The translations under genes and the position numbers were made by a program. A stretch of DNA of 64,000 nt from Candidatus Poribacteria bacterium. Its GTDB lineage: Bacteria; Poribacteria; WGA-4E; PCPOR2b. Positions 30,298 through 41,255 of this stretch are shown in pieces (positions within the stretch are counted from its first letter, which is position 1; every line of letters starts with the position of its first letter). The stretch covers positions 1,024,001 to 1,088,000 of the forward strand of contig OZ244587.1 of assembly GCA_965218095.1 (NCBI GenBank), read 5' to 3'. The notes under the pieces are model-generated. The model made no database searches, was not told the origin of the DNA, and was given only the letters and a program-made list of their open reading frames with translations.

Positions 30298-31293
30298 TTA
30301 GGTATTGTCGTTGATAGCTTGAAGCAGGCCGCGCATGTGCCCGACGCAGTAAGCGATGTACTCCCGGCCCTCAGAACCACCGGTCGTGAGTCTCATGATA
30401 TGGTCGTAGTCAATCACCGCGTCGTAGCCCACATCGTGCAAGGCTTTAGCAACCTGATACATGTTGAGGTCGCCGCTGTCGGGAATTACCTCCTCGTAGC
30501 CCTTCTTTTCGGGAATCGTCCCTCGCACATTGCGGAAGTGGACATGGAAGATCTTGTTCTGTTCCCCAAAGCGCCGGATGCCCTCAAAGACGTCTTCGCC
30601 CGACTCGTAGCGGGTGCCCACGCAGAAGGTCATGCCATTGTTTGGGGAGGGGACTTCTGAAAACAGTCGATCAAAGGCAGCGAAGTTGTAGAGAATCTGC
30701 GGAACGCCGTAAAGGCTGGGGACCGGCGGGTCATTCCCGTGCATGGCAATCTTGATGCCGACGCTCTCAGCCACGGGCACAACACTGCTGAAAATTTTCA
30801 GGGTGCGCTCCCAGAGTTCTTCGTGGGTTGGCGCGCCTTCTGGAGGGGGCTGGTCGAGTGCTTTGCTCAAGTTCACTTTCAAATGTTTATATCCGCCCCT
30901 GCCCTCAATATAGCTATGCATGGACTCGGGAAAGTGGCCGAATTGGCCAGCTTGGAAACACTGTATGCCCATAATCGGCAGCTTGAACTCGCCGCAAAGC
31001 TCCGCGTTGACAATCAGGTTATCGATCTCCTGTTCAGAGCCAGATTGACCAAGAAAGGTATTGATGTAGTGACTGTTGGAGGTATTAGCCCGCTCGATTT
31101 TTAGGCCAGCTTTGTCGATGGTTTCCACGACTTTTTCCAAGTCATCGCGGTTTGCCCGACCTCCAGCCTCTGAATAACTGGGACAGATGTCCAAAGTAAT
31201 GTCCACGCAATCGACGCCGATCTGCTTGAGAAAACGCAGGTCATTCGGACGGTCCAACCAATCGGGGCTGATACGGGTTCCGATTTTCATCAT
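30298..31293 (-). CDS. Mannonate dehydratase (UxuA) family protein
   Basis: PVAE..GIKIAMHGNDPP, SPNNGMTFC.G, VHFRNVRG, DH motifs. Confidence 0.88.
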   Translation of the reverse strand: MMKIGTRISPDWLDRPNDLRFLKQIGVDCVDITLDICPSYSEAGGRANRDDLEKVVETIDKAGLKIERANTSNSHYINTFLGQSGSEQEIDNLIVNAELCGEFKLPIMGIQCFQAGQFGHFPESMHSYIEGRGGYKHLKVNLSKALDQPPPEGAPTHEELWERTLKIFSSVVPVAESVGIKIAMHGNDPPVPSLYGVPQILYNFAAFDRLFSEVPSPNNGMTFCVGTRYESGEDVFEGIRRFGEQNKIFHVHFRNVRGTIPEKKGYEEVIPDSGDLNMYQVAKALHDVGYDAVIDYDHIMRLTTGGSEGREYIAYCVGHMRGLLQAINDNT

Positions 31294-31424
31294 TTTTCGT
31301 TCTCCTGATATATGTGGTACGACGTATTGGAGGGATAACGCTGCTGATGGGTTCAGTACACCAAGTTTTTTAAATCCGTAGAGACCTTAGTCTTTCTCTT
31401 GAGTGTTGCTGATTGCTACCTATT

Positions 31425-31863
31425 AGCGGGAGTCGCAACCCGCAGCCATAAAGGAGTTTCGCCATCAACTGATAAGTACCGGACATTGCATCAAGAATAC
31501 AGTGGACTTCCCCATTTGTCAGAACGGTGGGCAGGCGCCAGGGTTTTTTAGCGCGGACGACATCGACGAATCGCCCAGTTGTATCTTGAGCACCTCGCGG
31601 TACGAAAATAGTAACGCGCTGAACGCCTGATTCTGCGTGGACGCGGCGACATTTTCGTTGACCGCCAAATGTGTGAGGAATTCTTCAATCTCGCGGGGTC
31701 CCATCTCTTTGGGGTGGCGTACGTGATGAAAGAAGATGTAGCGCTTAATCCAGTTCACATAGGCCTCTTCAGTACGAATTGAGTAGTGTTTCAAGCGAAT
31801 GGCATCTCGGACCTGGTCGAGGAGTTTCTTCTTCGGGACATTTTCCATTTGGCTGACCTCCAT
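31425..31863 (-). pseudogene. intI: Integron integrase, frameshifted and truncated
   Basis: [45 protein letters not shown]; then, in shifted frames, RAKKP.RLPTVL and KLLYGCGLRL; C-terminal half missing. Confidence 0.92.
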
Positions 31864-32020
31864 CTGGCAATTTTGCCGTTGATTCCCTTTGTGTGATTAT
31901 GGTAGGATACTGAAAGTGGTAGAAAACAATTCGTTTTCTATTTTAGCATGTTTTTGAGTTTTTATCAATTTTTAACGACCTGCAAAAATGCAGGGATAAA
32001 ATTTTAGGGCTGCAATTTTG

Positions 32021-32040
32021 CGGTCTAATCAGAGTTAGGC
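32021..32040 (+). promoter_or_regulatory. Putative attI core site
   Basis: GTCTAAT-caga-GTTAGGC (GTTRRRY) divergent from intI, just before the cassette RBS. Confidence 0.7.
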
Positions 32041-32060
32041 AGAATAAGGAGAAGAAAATC

Positions 32061-32723
32061 ATGAGACCAGATTTCTATATCAAGGTGTTGTTTTCAATTA
32101 CGCTTGGGATGATGGCAATTCCTTTCCTTGTTGCTGGGCTTCGGGGTCTCAAGACTCAGCGGACTTTCCTGATCTCATCGAGGTGGCCACTTTCAATGAT
32201 GCTCGTTTTTTGCATTCCATTACCCTTACTGCCCTTCTTATTTTTGTTTTCGCAACCCATTACCCTCACGAGTTTATCCCCTCTTCTTCTATCCGCGTAT
32301 GGCCTTCTGATGACGGTGTGTATCCTTCTGATAGTATGTTACACGATGAAGGGTTACATGGCACTCGGCGTGACATACACGCCACTTTGTGAGGGACTAC
32401 TGGCAACGCTCGAAAAGCTACAGTTGCCCTACGAAGAGTCCCTTTCCTTAAGAAGGCTTAGACCTGTTCTCCCAAAACGGCTCATACGGCTGACATCTGT
32501 TGAGGCCGACCTACAGGTGTCTATGTGGATGGGAACAGTCCATCTCAAGGTCAAACAGAACCAGCACTATCCCTTGCTCACAGAAATCGCCAACGCGATG
32601 AACGGGTATTTCTGCACGTCGTCTGTGTGTACAAATATGATTCCCTTTGCTTTCTATCTGATCACAGGGGGCTTCATGGTTATCCTCGCAATTGGCGCGC
32701 TATTCTTTTCAAGCATCCTCTAA
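32061..32723 (+). CDS. Integron gene cassette: hypothetical multi-TM membrane protein
   Basis: AAGGAG RBS directly after attI; four hydrophobic segments; stop codon lies within the attC R'' box. Confidence 0.8.
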   Translation: MRPDFYIKVLFSITLGMMAIPFLVAGLRGLKTQRTFLISSRWPLSMMLVFCIPLPLLPFLFLFSQPITLTSLSPLLLSAYGLLMTVCILLIVCYTMKGYMALGVTYTPLCEGLLATLEKLQLPYEESLSLRRLRPVLPKRLIRLTSVEADLQVSMWMGTVHLKVKQNQHYPLLTEIANAMNGYFCTSSVCTNMIPFAFYLITGGFMVILAIGALFFSSIL

Positions 32724-32843
32724 CCCGCTGTTGCAGCTGATGGCGGGGAACTGCGTTTTTTTGATCAGTTTTTGGAGGCAGGTTTTGGTTTGTCGGACGG
32801 TTTTCGGCAAACCCCCGCCGCAACTGAACTTGGGTCGTTAGGT
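32718..32843 (+). mobile_element. attC site
   Basis: CTCTAAC...ttgcagctgatggcgggg / ccccgccgcaactgaa...GTTAGGT imperfect palindrome. Confidence 0.85.
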
Positions 32844-33034
32844 CCTAATTTCGGCTTGCGGGTGCGTCTGGGTATCTATCAAACAAAACGGATAAGTCGA
32901 TATAGTCGTCGTTCTCTAAGAAACTATCCACTACATCTAAGCCGGTCGGAAAATGTGCCACCTTTCCCAACAGTCTAGCTGATTGCTGCATGGGCGGGGT
33001 CTGTTCGTAAACCTGCCGAATCTCCGTGGCATTC

Positions 33035-33190
33035 TCATCTCATTGTGCCTGGTATTCGGCGTACCCCACCGTATGCATTGTGCTCGATCACCTCGAGCGC
33101 CGGGGCAAGGTCGTCGGGGGAAAAGACGTTGGGCACGACCAGACTGCTGTCGCGCCTCCAGGTTGACAGTTGTTCGTCGGTTAATTGCAT
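33035..33190 (-). pseudogene. N-terminal relic of a PhyH-family gene
   Basis: GGAGG RBS; MQLTDEQLSTWRRDSSLVVPNVFSPDDL. Confidence 0.6.
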
Positions 33191-33311
33191 AGTATCCTCC
33201 TCTGAAGTCGGATGGTGATTTTGCTGCGCCATCGCTAAATGCTTGAGGAAACCCCTTCGTTATCCCGAATGAGCTAATTGCGCGTTGCGTGCTGCGTATT
33301 CCGTAGATTTT

Positions 33312-35297
33312 TCACGCCTCACGCTTCACATACTTCTTGTACCACGCCAACTGACATTTGAGCATATCTAACTTGTGGCGGGGCTCCCCAATGCTGTGAC
33401 CTTCGCGAGGATATTTGACAAATACCGTCTCGACGCCAACGGCTTTGAGACTAGCATAGAATTCCTCCGATTGCGGCAGAGGGACGCGGATGTCTTCCTC
33501 ACCGTGCAGGATAAGAGTCGGAGTTTTGGCAAAGTGCACATAATTTATCGGGGACCGCTCGCGGTAAAGTTCCAATTGCTGTGACGGTGCACCAGCAAAG
33601 TAAAGCCGCATAAAGCTGGGAATATCGGTTTGCGCGTAAAAGCTGACCAGATTGATGACACCGCAGACATCACAAGCAGCTTTGAACCGATCCGTGTGGG
33701 TGACCATCCAGGCCGTCATATAGCCGCCGTAACTTGAGCCACCGACAACCAGACGATCCGGATCGGCGATCCCCTGTTCAATCAGAAAATCAACGCCTGT
33801 CATAATATCCTGATAGTCACTGCCGCCCCAGTCGTTAAGGTTTGCCGTGGCGAAATTGCGTCCATATCCATCGCCGCCGCGGAAGTTCGGCGCGAAGTAG
33901 GCAAAGCCCTCGCCGCTGAAATAGTGCCACGCCGGCTTGAACCCTAAATCGCGTGTACTGCGTGGCCCACCGTGCGGTTCGACAATGAGCGGGTAGCTTT
34001 TCCCCTCCTCATAGCCAGCGGGTAAACAGAGCAAGCCTTCAATCTTAAGCCCGTCGCTGCTCTGCCACTGAATCACTTGCACTTCACCGAGCGCGAAGTT
34101 CTCAAGCTGCGAATTCAGTTTCGTAAGCTGTTTTAGCTTTTCTGTGCGAATAGACCCGACCCACACGTCCCCCGGCGCATCTGACGCACTCCGGGTACAC
34201 AGGAACGTGTCGCCATCATCAGCGAGGGAAACCCCGGCGACGACATAATCGCCGTGGGTGATCTGCCGAATCTCGCTACTCGCTTTCGAGACGGAATAAA
34301 AATGCCAGCGAACCTCATCCATTGCGATGAAGTAGATGGTCTCTCCATCCGGCGACCAGATCGGTGTATCTGCGTTGCGATCAAAATCGGCGGCGGTGAG
34401 GTTTGTTGAGATACCGCCGTCCGCTGAGATGATGTGGAGGTCTTTCTGACCATAACCCTCTGGGCTATGCAGAAATGCGATTTGCGCCCCATCCGATGAC
34501 CAATGCGGCGCACTCTCACCACCATCGTGCGGCGTCAACTTTCGGATCGCCTTCGTCTCAACATTGACGACGTGAACCGTTGCGTTGAACATCGTGTCAT
34601 CCGCTTTCGGCGAAGGCGCAGAGACAAAGACAAACTGTTTTCCATCCGGCGACCATTGCGGCTCGCTGACATGGAAATCCCCTTCCGTCAATCGCTGAGA
34701 TTTGTCCTTCCTGGCATTTTCGCCTGTTTCTTTCTCCGGTAAAGTAAAGAGCAGTTCGGGTTCCTCGTCCGTCGTTTCGAGGTCAATAACCCACAGATGT
34801 GTCTGCTTGAAATCATCCACCCCGATGACCACCGGGTCATCTCTGGCTTTCTTCCGTTTCGCCTCTGTCTTGCTGTCCTTCTCCTCCATCAGAAATGCAA
34901 TCCGCTTTCCGTCAGGCGACCAACTCGGATTTGACGCGCTGTTTTTCGCATAGGTCAGTTGTTTCGCCTCACCGCCAGCAATCGGGATGATCCAGATCTG
35001 ATTTTCGTCGCCCTCCCGTTTTGAGACGAAGGCAAGTTGCGTACTATCAGGCGACCATTGCGGATAGCTGTCTCCGCTGGGGCTGTTCGTCAACTGGAAC
35101 GGATCGCCACCATCAGTTGAAACAAGCCAGATATGGCCCCGGTGTTCGCTCTTTTCCGCTTCGAGAACAGGGATGGTTCGGACAAACACCGCCCATTTGC
35201 TATCCGGCGAGATGACTATCCGGCCGAGGACTTTCATCGCGACGATATTTTCTGGCTGAAGCGTTTTCAGTTTTTGACGTTCTTGATTGTCACCCAT
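33312..35297 (-). CDS. S9 family peptidase (acylaminoacyl/dipeptidyl peptidase)
   Basis: PD40 repeats WSPDG; HGGP, GSSYGG, HGEEDIRVP, EGH triad; start MGDN after GGAGG. Confidence 0.95.
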   Translation of the reverse strand: MGDNQERQKLKTLQPENIVAMKVLGRIVISPDSKWAVFVRTIPVLEAEKSEHRGHIWLVSTDGGDPFQLTNSPSGDSYPQWSPDSTQLAFVSKREGDENQIWIIPIAGGEAKQLTYAKNSASNPSWSPDGKRIAFLMEEKDSKTEAKRKKARDDPVVIGVDDFKQTHLWVIDLETTDEEPELLFTLPEKETGENARKDKSQRLTEGDFHVSEPQWSPDGKQFVFVSAPSPKADDTMFNATVHVVNVETKAIRKLTPHDGGESAPHWSSDGAQIAFLHSPEGYGQKDLHIISADGGISTNLTAADFDRNADTPIWSPDGETIYFIAMDEVRWHFYSVSKASSEIRQITHGDYVVAGVSLADDGDTFLCTRSASDAPGDVWVGSIRTEKLKQLTKLNSQLENFALGEVQVIQWQSSDGLKIEGLLCLPAGYEEGKSYPLIVEPHGGPRSTRDLGFKPAWHYFSGEGFAYFAPNFRGGDGYGRNFATANLNDWGGSDYQDIMTGVDFLIEQGIADPDRLVVGGSSYGGYMTAWMVTHTDRFKAACDVCGVINLVSFYAQTDIPSFMRLYFAGAPSQQLELYRERSPINYVHFAKTPTLILHGEEDIRVPLPQSEEFYASLKAVGVETVFVKYPREGHSIGEPRHKLDMLKCQLAWYKKYVKREA

Positions 35298-35414
35298 AAT
35301 GTTCCTCCAATTCCGTGAAATTCCAAGATTGCTCCCATTGACCGTGCAAATATCATAACACAATTTGGTCATGATGTCGATGACTGATGAACGAAGTTTG
35401 CGAATCTTTTCATC

Positions 35415-35443
35415 TTGATCCCCACTCTGTTTTCTGCTACAAT
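35415..35443 (+). promoter_or_regulatory. Sigma70-type promoter
   Basis: TTGATC-N17-TACAAT with extended TG. Confidence 0.5.
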
Positions 35444-35502
35444 ATCTTTCATCAGATCCCACACAACATCAAAATCCTAGGATTGATTGAAGGAGCGGAT
35501 AT

Positions 35503-37434
35503 ATGACTCAACCTCAAGTGGCGCCTTACGGCTCATGGAAATCGCCCATCACCTCGGACCTGATCGGGACTGAAACGCTCAGGTTGGGAGAAATCGCATC
35601 CGATGGAGTGGACATCTACTGGACCGAGATGCGGCCGGCAGAAGGGGGGCGGAACGTCATCGTTAGACGGGCACCGGACGGGAATACCATCGATATGACG
35701 CCAGCCGCTTTCAATGTTCGCACCCGCGTTCACGAGTATGGCGGCGGGGCTTTCGTGGTTGGCGATGGCACCACCTACTTTTCAAACTTCACGGATCAAC
35801 GCCTCTATCGTCAGCTTTCCGGCGCCGAACCACAGCCGATTACCGCTGAATCAGATCTACGCTATGCCGATGGCGTGATTGACCGTCACCGAAAGCGGCT
35901 TATCTGCGTGCGCGAAGACCATACCGCCGCCGCAGGCGAAGCTGTCAATACGCTGGTCAACCTTGGGCTTGAAGGAAACGACGGCGGACAGGTTCTTGTC
36001 AGCGGAAACGATTTTTACGCATCGCCGCGCCTCAGCCCCGATGGCGCGCGTCTGGCGTGGATTACCTGGAACCATCCGAATATGCCGTGGGACGGCACCG
36101 AGCTTTGGGTCGGTGAGTTCAAAGCGGACAGCTTGCTTCATAACACCGAGCGAGTGGCGGGCGGGGTTGATGAATCGATCTTCCAGCCGGAGTGGTCGCC
36201 AGATGGTACGCTGTATTTTGTCTCCGATCGGACGGGCTGGTGGAATCTCTACCGGTTTCGCGATGGGATGGTCGAGCCGCTATGCAGGATGGCGGGGGAG
36301 TTCGGAAGCCCACAATGGAGATTTGGAATGTCCACCTACGCATTTGAGTCCGCCAATCGCATCATCTGCACCTACACCCAAAACGGAACCGGGCATCTGG
36401 CAAGTCTGGACACTGTGACGCGGAAGCTGGAGCGGATTGAGACCCCTTACTCATCAATTACAAGTCTCCAAGCTGTTCCCAGCGGTATCGTTTTCAGCGG
36501 CGACTCCCCGACAGAACCGTCGTCAATTGTCCGTCTTGATCTTGCCAAAGGGCAATTCGACATCTTGCACCGCTCAAGCGAAATAGTGATTGATGCAGGA
36601 TACTTCTCTATCCCGCAAGCGGTTGAGTTCCCAACTGAGGGTAGACTGACAGCCCACGCCTTCTTCTATCCACCATGCAATCGTGATTACATCGCGCCTG
36701 CTGGCGAGCGGCCGTCACTGCTCGTGACTAGTCACGGTGGCCCAACCGGAGCAACTTCGACCACGCTCGACTTGTCGATTCAATATTGGACGAGCCGCGG
36801 CATTGCAGTCCTCGATGTGAATTATGGCGGTAGCACCGGCTATGGTCGCACCTATCGACAGCGGCTCAATGGTCAGTGGGGTATCGTTGACGTCAATGAT
36901 TGTGTGAACGGTGCTCGCTATCTTGTCGAGCGTGGGGAGGTGGACGGCAATCAGTTGGCAATTCGGGGAGGAAGCGCAGGCGGCTACACGACACTCTCGG
37001 CGCTGACTTTTCGTGACGTTTTCAAAGCGGGTGCTAGCTACTACGGGATCAGTGACCTTGAGGCACTGGCAAAGGAGACGCACAAGTTTGAATCCCGCTA
37101 TCTGGATAGCATGATCGGCCCCTATCCTGAACAACGCGATCGCTACCGAGAACGCTCACCGATTCATTCTACCGATCGCCTTTCCTGTCCGCTGATTCTC
37201 TTTCAGGGGCTTGAGGATAAAGTCGTTCCCCCCAATCAGGCGGAGTCGATGGTCGAAGCGTTGCGAGCGAAGGGGCTGCCAGTCGCTTATATCCCGTTTG
37301 AAGGCGAACAGCACGGATTCCGTCGCAGCGAGAATATCCGGCGATCGCTCGAAGCGGAATTGTATTTTTACGCGAGGGTCTTTGGCTTTGAGATTGCAGA
37401 TTCCGTGGAGCCAGTGACCATAGAGAACCTCTAA
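35503..37434 (+). CDS. S9 family peptidase
   Basis: [45 protein letters not shown]. Confidence 0.96.
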   Translation: MTQPQVAPYGSWKSPITSDLIGTETLRLGEIASDGVDIYWTEMRPAEGGRNVIVRRAPDGNTIDMTPAAFNVRTRVHEYGGGAFVVGDGTTYFSNFTDQRLYRQLSGAEPQPITAESDLRYADGVIDRHRKRLICVREDHTAAAGEAVNTLVNLGLEGNDGGQVLVSGNDFYASPRLSPDGARLAWITWNHPNMPWDGTELWVGEFKADSLLHNTERVAGGVDESIFQPEWSPDGTLYFVSDRTGWWNLYRFRDGMVEPLCRMAGEFGSPQWRFGMSTYAFESANRIICTYTQNGTGHLASLDTVTRKLERIETPYSSITSLQAVPSGIVFSGDSPTEPSSIVRLDLAKGQFDILHRSSEIVIDAGYFSIPQAVEFPTEGRLTAHAFFYPPCNRDYIAPAGERPSLLVTSHGGPTGATSTTLDLSIQYWTSRGIAVLDVNYGGSTGYGRTYRQRLNGQWGIVDVNDCVNGARYLVERGEVDGNQLAIRGGSAGGYTTLSALTFRDVFKAGASYYGISDLEALAKETHKFESRYLDSMIGPYPEQRDRYRERSPIHSTDRLSCPLILFQGLEDKVVPPNQAESMVEALRAKGLPVAYIPFEGEQHGFRRSENIRRSLEAELYFYARVFGFEIADSVEPVTIENL

Positions 37435-37482
37435 ACAACAGCACTGTTTGACTTCTTCAGATTCAGGTAGGAAGAATATGAT

Positions 37483-38331
37483 ATGAGCAAAATACTGATT
37501 ACCGGAACCAGCGGATTCATCGGTCGCGTACTCGCCCAATCAATGGCTCAAAACCACGAAGTTGTCTGTCTATCCAGGCGGAAAACGGAAGTGGAGAGCG
37601 TGACGGCAATCCGGGGGGATTTTACGTCACCTGATGACCTGCAAAAACTGAAACCTCACAAAATCGACGTCGTGATTCATCTTGCGGCAGTAACGGGTCG
37701 GGGCAGCGAAGCGGAACAATTGCGGGTCAATGTCCTGGGCACGTACCAACTCTTGCGACATTTTATTAATCGGGGCTGTAAAAAGTTTGTTTTGGCGAGT
37801 TCGATTGCGGCTGTCGGATTTCAGTCACCAAGGTTCAGACCGTTGCACTTGCCGATGCCCGACGAACATCCCTGTCTGGATCGGATGGGGTATGGCTTTT
37901 CCAAGTACATGATGGAAGAGTTGACGCGTTACCTGTCGCGGCAGAATGAAGGCCTGAATTTCATCAACATACGCCTTGCGAGCATCGCCCGGGATGATCG
38001 CAAGCTGACGCCCAGAAAGGCGGGGCCCGTCGGGGAATAGTCAATGGGGTCTCTTTCATACATGTACCTCAGCGATACTGTTCGCTGTTTGACGATGGCT
38101 GCCGAAGTCCCCCACAAACCGGGTGTGCGCATCATGAACGCGGTGGGGACGCAAGCTTGTGCTGAAGATACCGTCCCCGAAATTATCCACGCCTGGTATG
38201 GGGAAGACGCCGATAAGATTGATCTAACCCACTACGAGCGCCCCGGCCATGAAAGAGATTCTGTGTACGAGATTAGCCAAATCGAGCAAGAATTGGGCTT
38301 TGTGCCTGAACGGAGTGTGCTGGCGAAATGA
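37483..38331 (+). pseudogene. NAD-dependent epimerase/dehydratase with one internal TAG
   Basis: ITGTSGFIG, HLAA and YGFSK motifs; same frame continues after the TAG at 38038-38040. Confidence 0.85.
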
Positions 38332-38449
38332 TGGATGCCGAACCCTAAATTGTTTCTGGTACTCCGAGGGTAACTGTTCAGGTCCCATGTTTGTTCGGCC
38401 GCATATAACAGCGAATCTTAGGATTAAACGAATCGGCGCACGATTTTGA

Positions 38450-39940
38450 GTCCAAATTCGATGAATCCTTTCATGCGTTGTCATACCCACAAAGGGTAAG
38501 TGAACAGTTACCATCACACCCTTGATTTGCCGCTCATTGAGACCGCGCTCACGAAGATATTCTTGGGCAATCAACTTATTGTGCGGCTTTGAGGAATGGT
38601 TACTGTTTGCGGGTCATCGGTTGATGGAATCTTCCTTCTCCCCGTCGCATTCGCCTTTTCGATATAACGGCGAACGCTTTCCCAATCCATATCATCAAGC
38701 GTCGCTCTTGTAAACAGGAAGACGTCGAGACTCATGCCTGTTGATGCCAGATGGACTTGTGCGATCTCCTGTGGCGTCATGACTCGGTTGCTTTCGGAAC
38801 GCGCCGAAAACACCGTCCCCGAACGGAGACCGGTTTCATCGGAAATTCCTTAATCCGTATCACCGCGACCTGTTTTTCGTCGGGCGCCACAGATTCTATC
38901 TCCGGAATGACACGCGGTTTGGTCGTTTGGGAGATCTGATTTTACTAGGTTCTGTTGACATTTGAGTATAAGGTTGTGGCATAATAGAAGAATGACGCCA
39001 ATAACCTTACCCGATGAACAATGGAATAAGATATACCGGTTTCTTCTTAGCTGTCCCACCATCTATGTTGGCGACGAAGCTGCTACACGCCGCTTCGTCG
39101 AAGCCGTCCTGTGGGTGACTCGTAGCGGGGCTCAATGGAGACTTCTACCAGACACCTATGGCAAATGGAACACCCGCTACAAGCGGTTTGCTCGATGGTG
39201 CGACAAAGGTATCTTCACACAGATCCACCACCACTTCGCCTCTGACCCCGATATCGAGTCGCTTATTGTGGACAGTACAATCTGCCGCGCTCACCCGTCT
39301 GCGGCGGGCGCCTTAAAAAAAACGGTGGAACTGAAAACCAAGCATTAGGTCGGTCTCGGGGCGGTTTCAGTACAAAAAATCACATCACAGTTGACGGACT
39401 AGGCAATCCCCTAAGAATTCATCTGACCCCCGGTCAGAGACATGACATAACTGAGGCGGAAGGGTTGATAATCGGATATAATAGTGAATATGTGATTGGA
39501 GACAAGGGGTACGATTCGGACGCTTTTATCGCGGTTATTGAGGCGAATGGAGCAATTGCGGTGATACCACCAAAAAGTCATCGTGTTGACCAAAGAACGT
39601 ATGACAAACGCTTATACAAAGAGAGACATCGGGTTGAATGTTTCATCAACAAGATAAAATGGTATCGTCGTATCTTCTCTCGGTTTGAGAAGCTAGCTGT
39701 CCGTTATTTTGGATTTCTCAGCTTTGTCGCCACTCTTATATGGCTCCCTTGAAATGTCAACAGAACCTAGTTGACAAGCGTCTCTTTACTGACAGAGATA
39801 CCTTTGACCTGTCCCGCGTCATCGACGCTGATGAGGATGACACCGCCATTGGTATCGGCAAAAGCAACCGCCATCTCGACAGCTTCTCTGTCGTGCTTTC
39901 CCCTTGGGTGATGAGTTGTGTGATTTCAGAAGCCACAGTC
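38450..39940 (-). pseudogene. AlbA_2 (Schlafen-like)/RecG-like ATP-binding protein relic interrupted by IS5 copy 3
   Basis: LITQGESTT, AVAFADTNGGVILISVDDAGQVKG, IKEFPMKPVSVRG, GLNERQIK in shifting frames. Confidence 0.75.
38948..39767 (+). mobile_element. IS5-family element, copy 3 (two ORFs joined by an A8 -1 frameshift site)
   Basis: Same TIRs and TA duplication; tta aaa aaa acg slippery run. Confidence 0.95.
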
Positions 39941-40026
39941 AAACTTCCTTACGCTTTTTCAGTATGCTGATAGCCCCGCTTGGCACAATAAATCGGGCAG
40001 TGTTTTATCTGGTCATAGCACATCAT

Positions 40027-40058
40027 AAAAAAGCACCGGGACATCCCGATGCTTTTTT
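40027..40058. terminator. Bidirectional intrinsic terminator
   Basis: aaaaaagcaccggga-ca-tcccgatgctttttt. Confidence 0.7.
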
Positions 40059-40092
40059 GCTTCCACTCGACGAATCATAGTTGAGTATGTCT

Positions 40093-40413
40093 CTACTGGA
40101 TGACCGACCGGGGGGTAGCTTCGAGGCGGGTGACTTTAATCTGTGAACGATCCATCATGTCGGGAATGTGGGGAGCGATTTCGTCCTTCCAGTAGTCACT
40201 TTCGTAGACCGCTTGATACAGTTGTTCCCGCTGCTCCTCGTTCTCAAAGCGGCGAATCCAGATGTACAAATCTTCTTCTTCCTCACCGACAAAGCTTCCC
40301 AAGACCGCCATCCCTTTCGAGATCTGAAAGGGGATAATCTGCTCCTCCATAAACTTTACCCAATTTTCTTCCTGCCCCGGTTTCATCCGGTACTGACGAA
40401 GCTCAAAAAACAT
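40093..40413 (-). CDS. NIPSNAP family protein
   Basis: MFFELRQYRMKPG...YIWIRRF...L..TPRS. Confidence 0.9.
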   Translation of the reverse strand: MFFELRQYRMKPGQEENWVKFMEEQIIPFQISKGMAVLGSFVGEEEEDLYIWIRRFENEEQREQLYQAVYESDYWKDEIAPHIPDMMDRSQIKVTRLEATPRSVIQ

Positions 40414-40691
40414 ATCAATCTATCTCCTTTACTTTTGTCTGTTGGTCACACTGGGGTTTGACGAATCCACGCTACAACTGATGGATTTGGCAATCCATCT
40501 GGAGCAGCGGGGGTCTACTATCTTTTTGATCACTACACATTATACCAAAATCTCATCAAGAAGAAAATTAAAAAGCGCCGAGGTCTGCTTCTGGCGGATG
40601 GAATTTTTCCAGGGGATAGGGGCTTCGGTTCATTTGGTGTACAGCGAAAAATTTCCACAGATTCAGAACGGAGGGGGCTAACAAAATCACG

Positions 40692-41255
40692 CTATTGGCA
40701 GATCTGCTGATCAATTAAATCGAAGACCACTTGTATCTTCTCTTCAGTCATCTGTCTGAGTGGCTGCACCAATCGAATTCGTCCCGATCGACCAATCAGC
40801 ACAAGAGTAAGCTGTTTCGCAGCCATTCCATACTGTCTGGAGACTTTGCCATCCCAATCCAGCAGGATGCTCGACGAATTTGACTTATCCCTATCATTGC
40901 GGAGTTCGGCTTTAATTCTCTCTTTTAGAAACAGGCGTGCAAAGAAAGGGAGACCCGATCCGTTGGCGATAGGGAGAATCTGCAGGCTGTCGGTATACCG
41001 GTCAAGGAATGGATCAAGCCACGTCTCTCCTTGACTAATGTTATCCTTATCAAACCCCAACAGCAATACATTTTCCCCTCGAAATTGAAGCAACCGGAAT
41101 TCGGTATCGTACTGATCTTTGAGGGTGAAATCGGTTGCTATTGTCCCGGGATCGGAGACGATAAGGAAAGGTGTTCCACACGCGAAGAAAACAAACAGGA
41201 AACACCAAATCCACAGATGTATTGCGTATTGGGTATCGCGTGAGAATATTTGCAC
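40692..41255 (-). CDS. Redoxin/thioredoxin-fold exported protein without a CxxC
   Basis: A.DFTLKDQY, ILLDWDGKVSRQYG, VLIGRSGRI; hydrophobic N-terminus. Confidence 0.7.
   Translation of the reverse strand: MQIFSRDTQYAIHLWIWCFLFVFFACGTPFLIVSDPGTIATDFTLKDQYDTEFRLLQFRGENVLLLGFDKDNISQGETWLDPFLDRYTDSLQILPIANGSGLPFFARLFLKERIKAELRNDRDKSNSSSILLDWDGKVSRQYGMAAKQLTLVLIGRSGRIRLVQPLRQMTEEKIQVVFDLIDQQICQ

Noticed and set aside
35298-35462. N-terminal extension of the 716-aa peptidase ORF (likewise 22829-23005 and 51322-51456)
   Set aside because: Downstream ATGs are preferred on RBS or ATGA-overlap evidence for the first two; the extensions overlap promoters, neighbouring genes or a palindrome.
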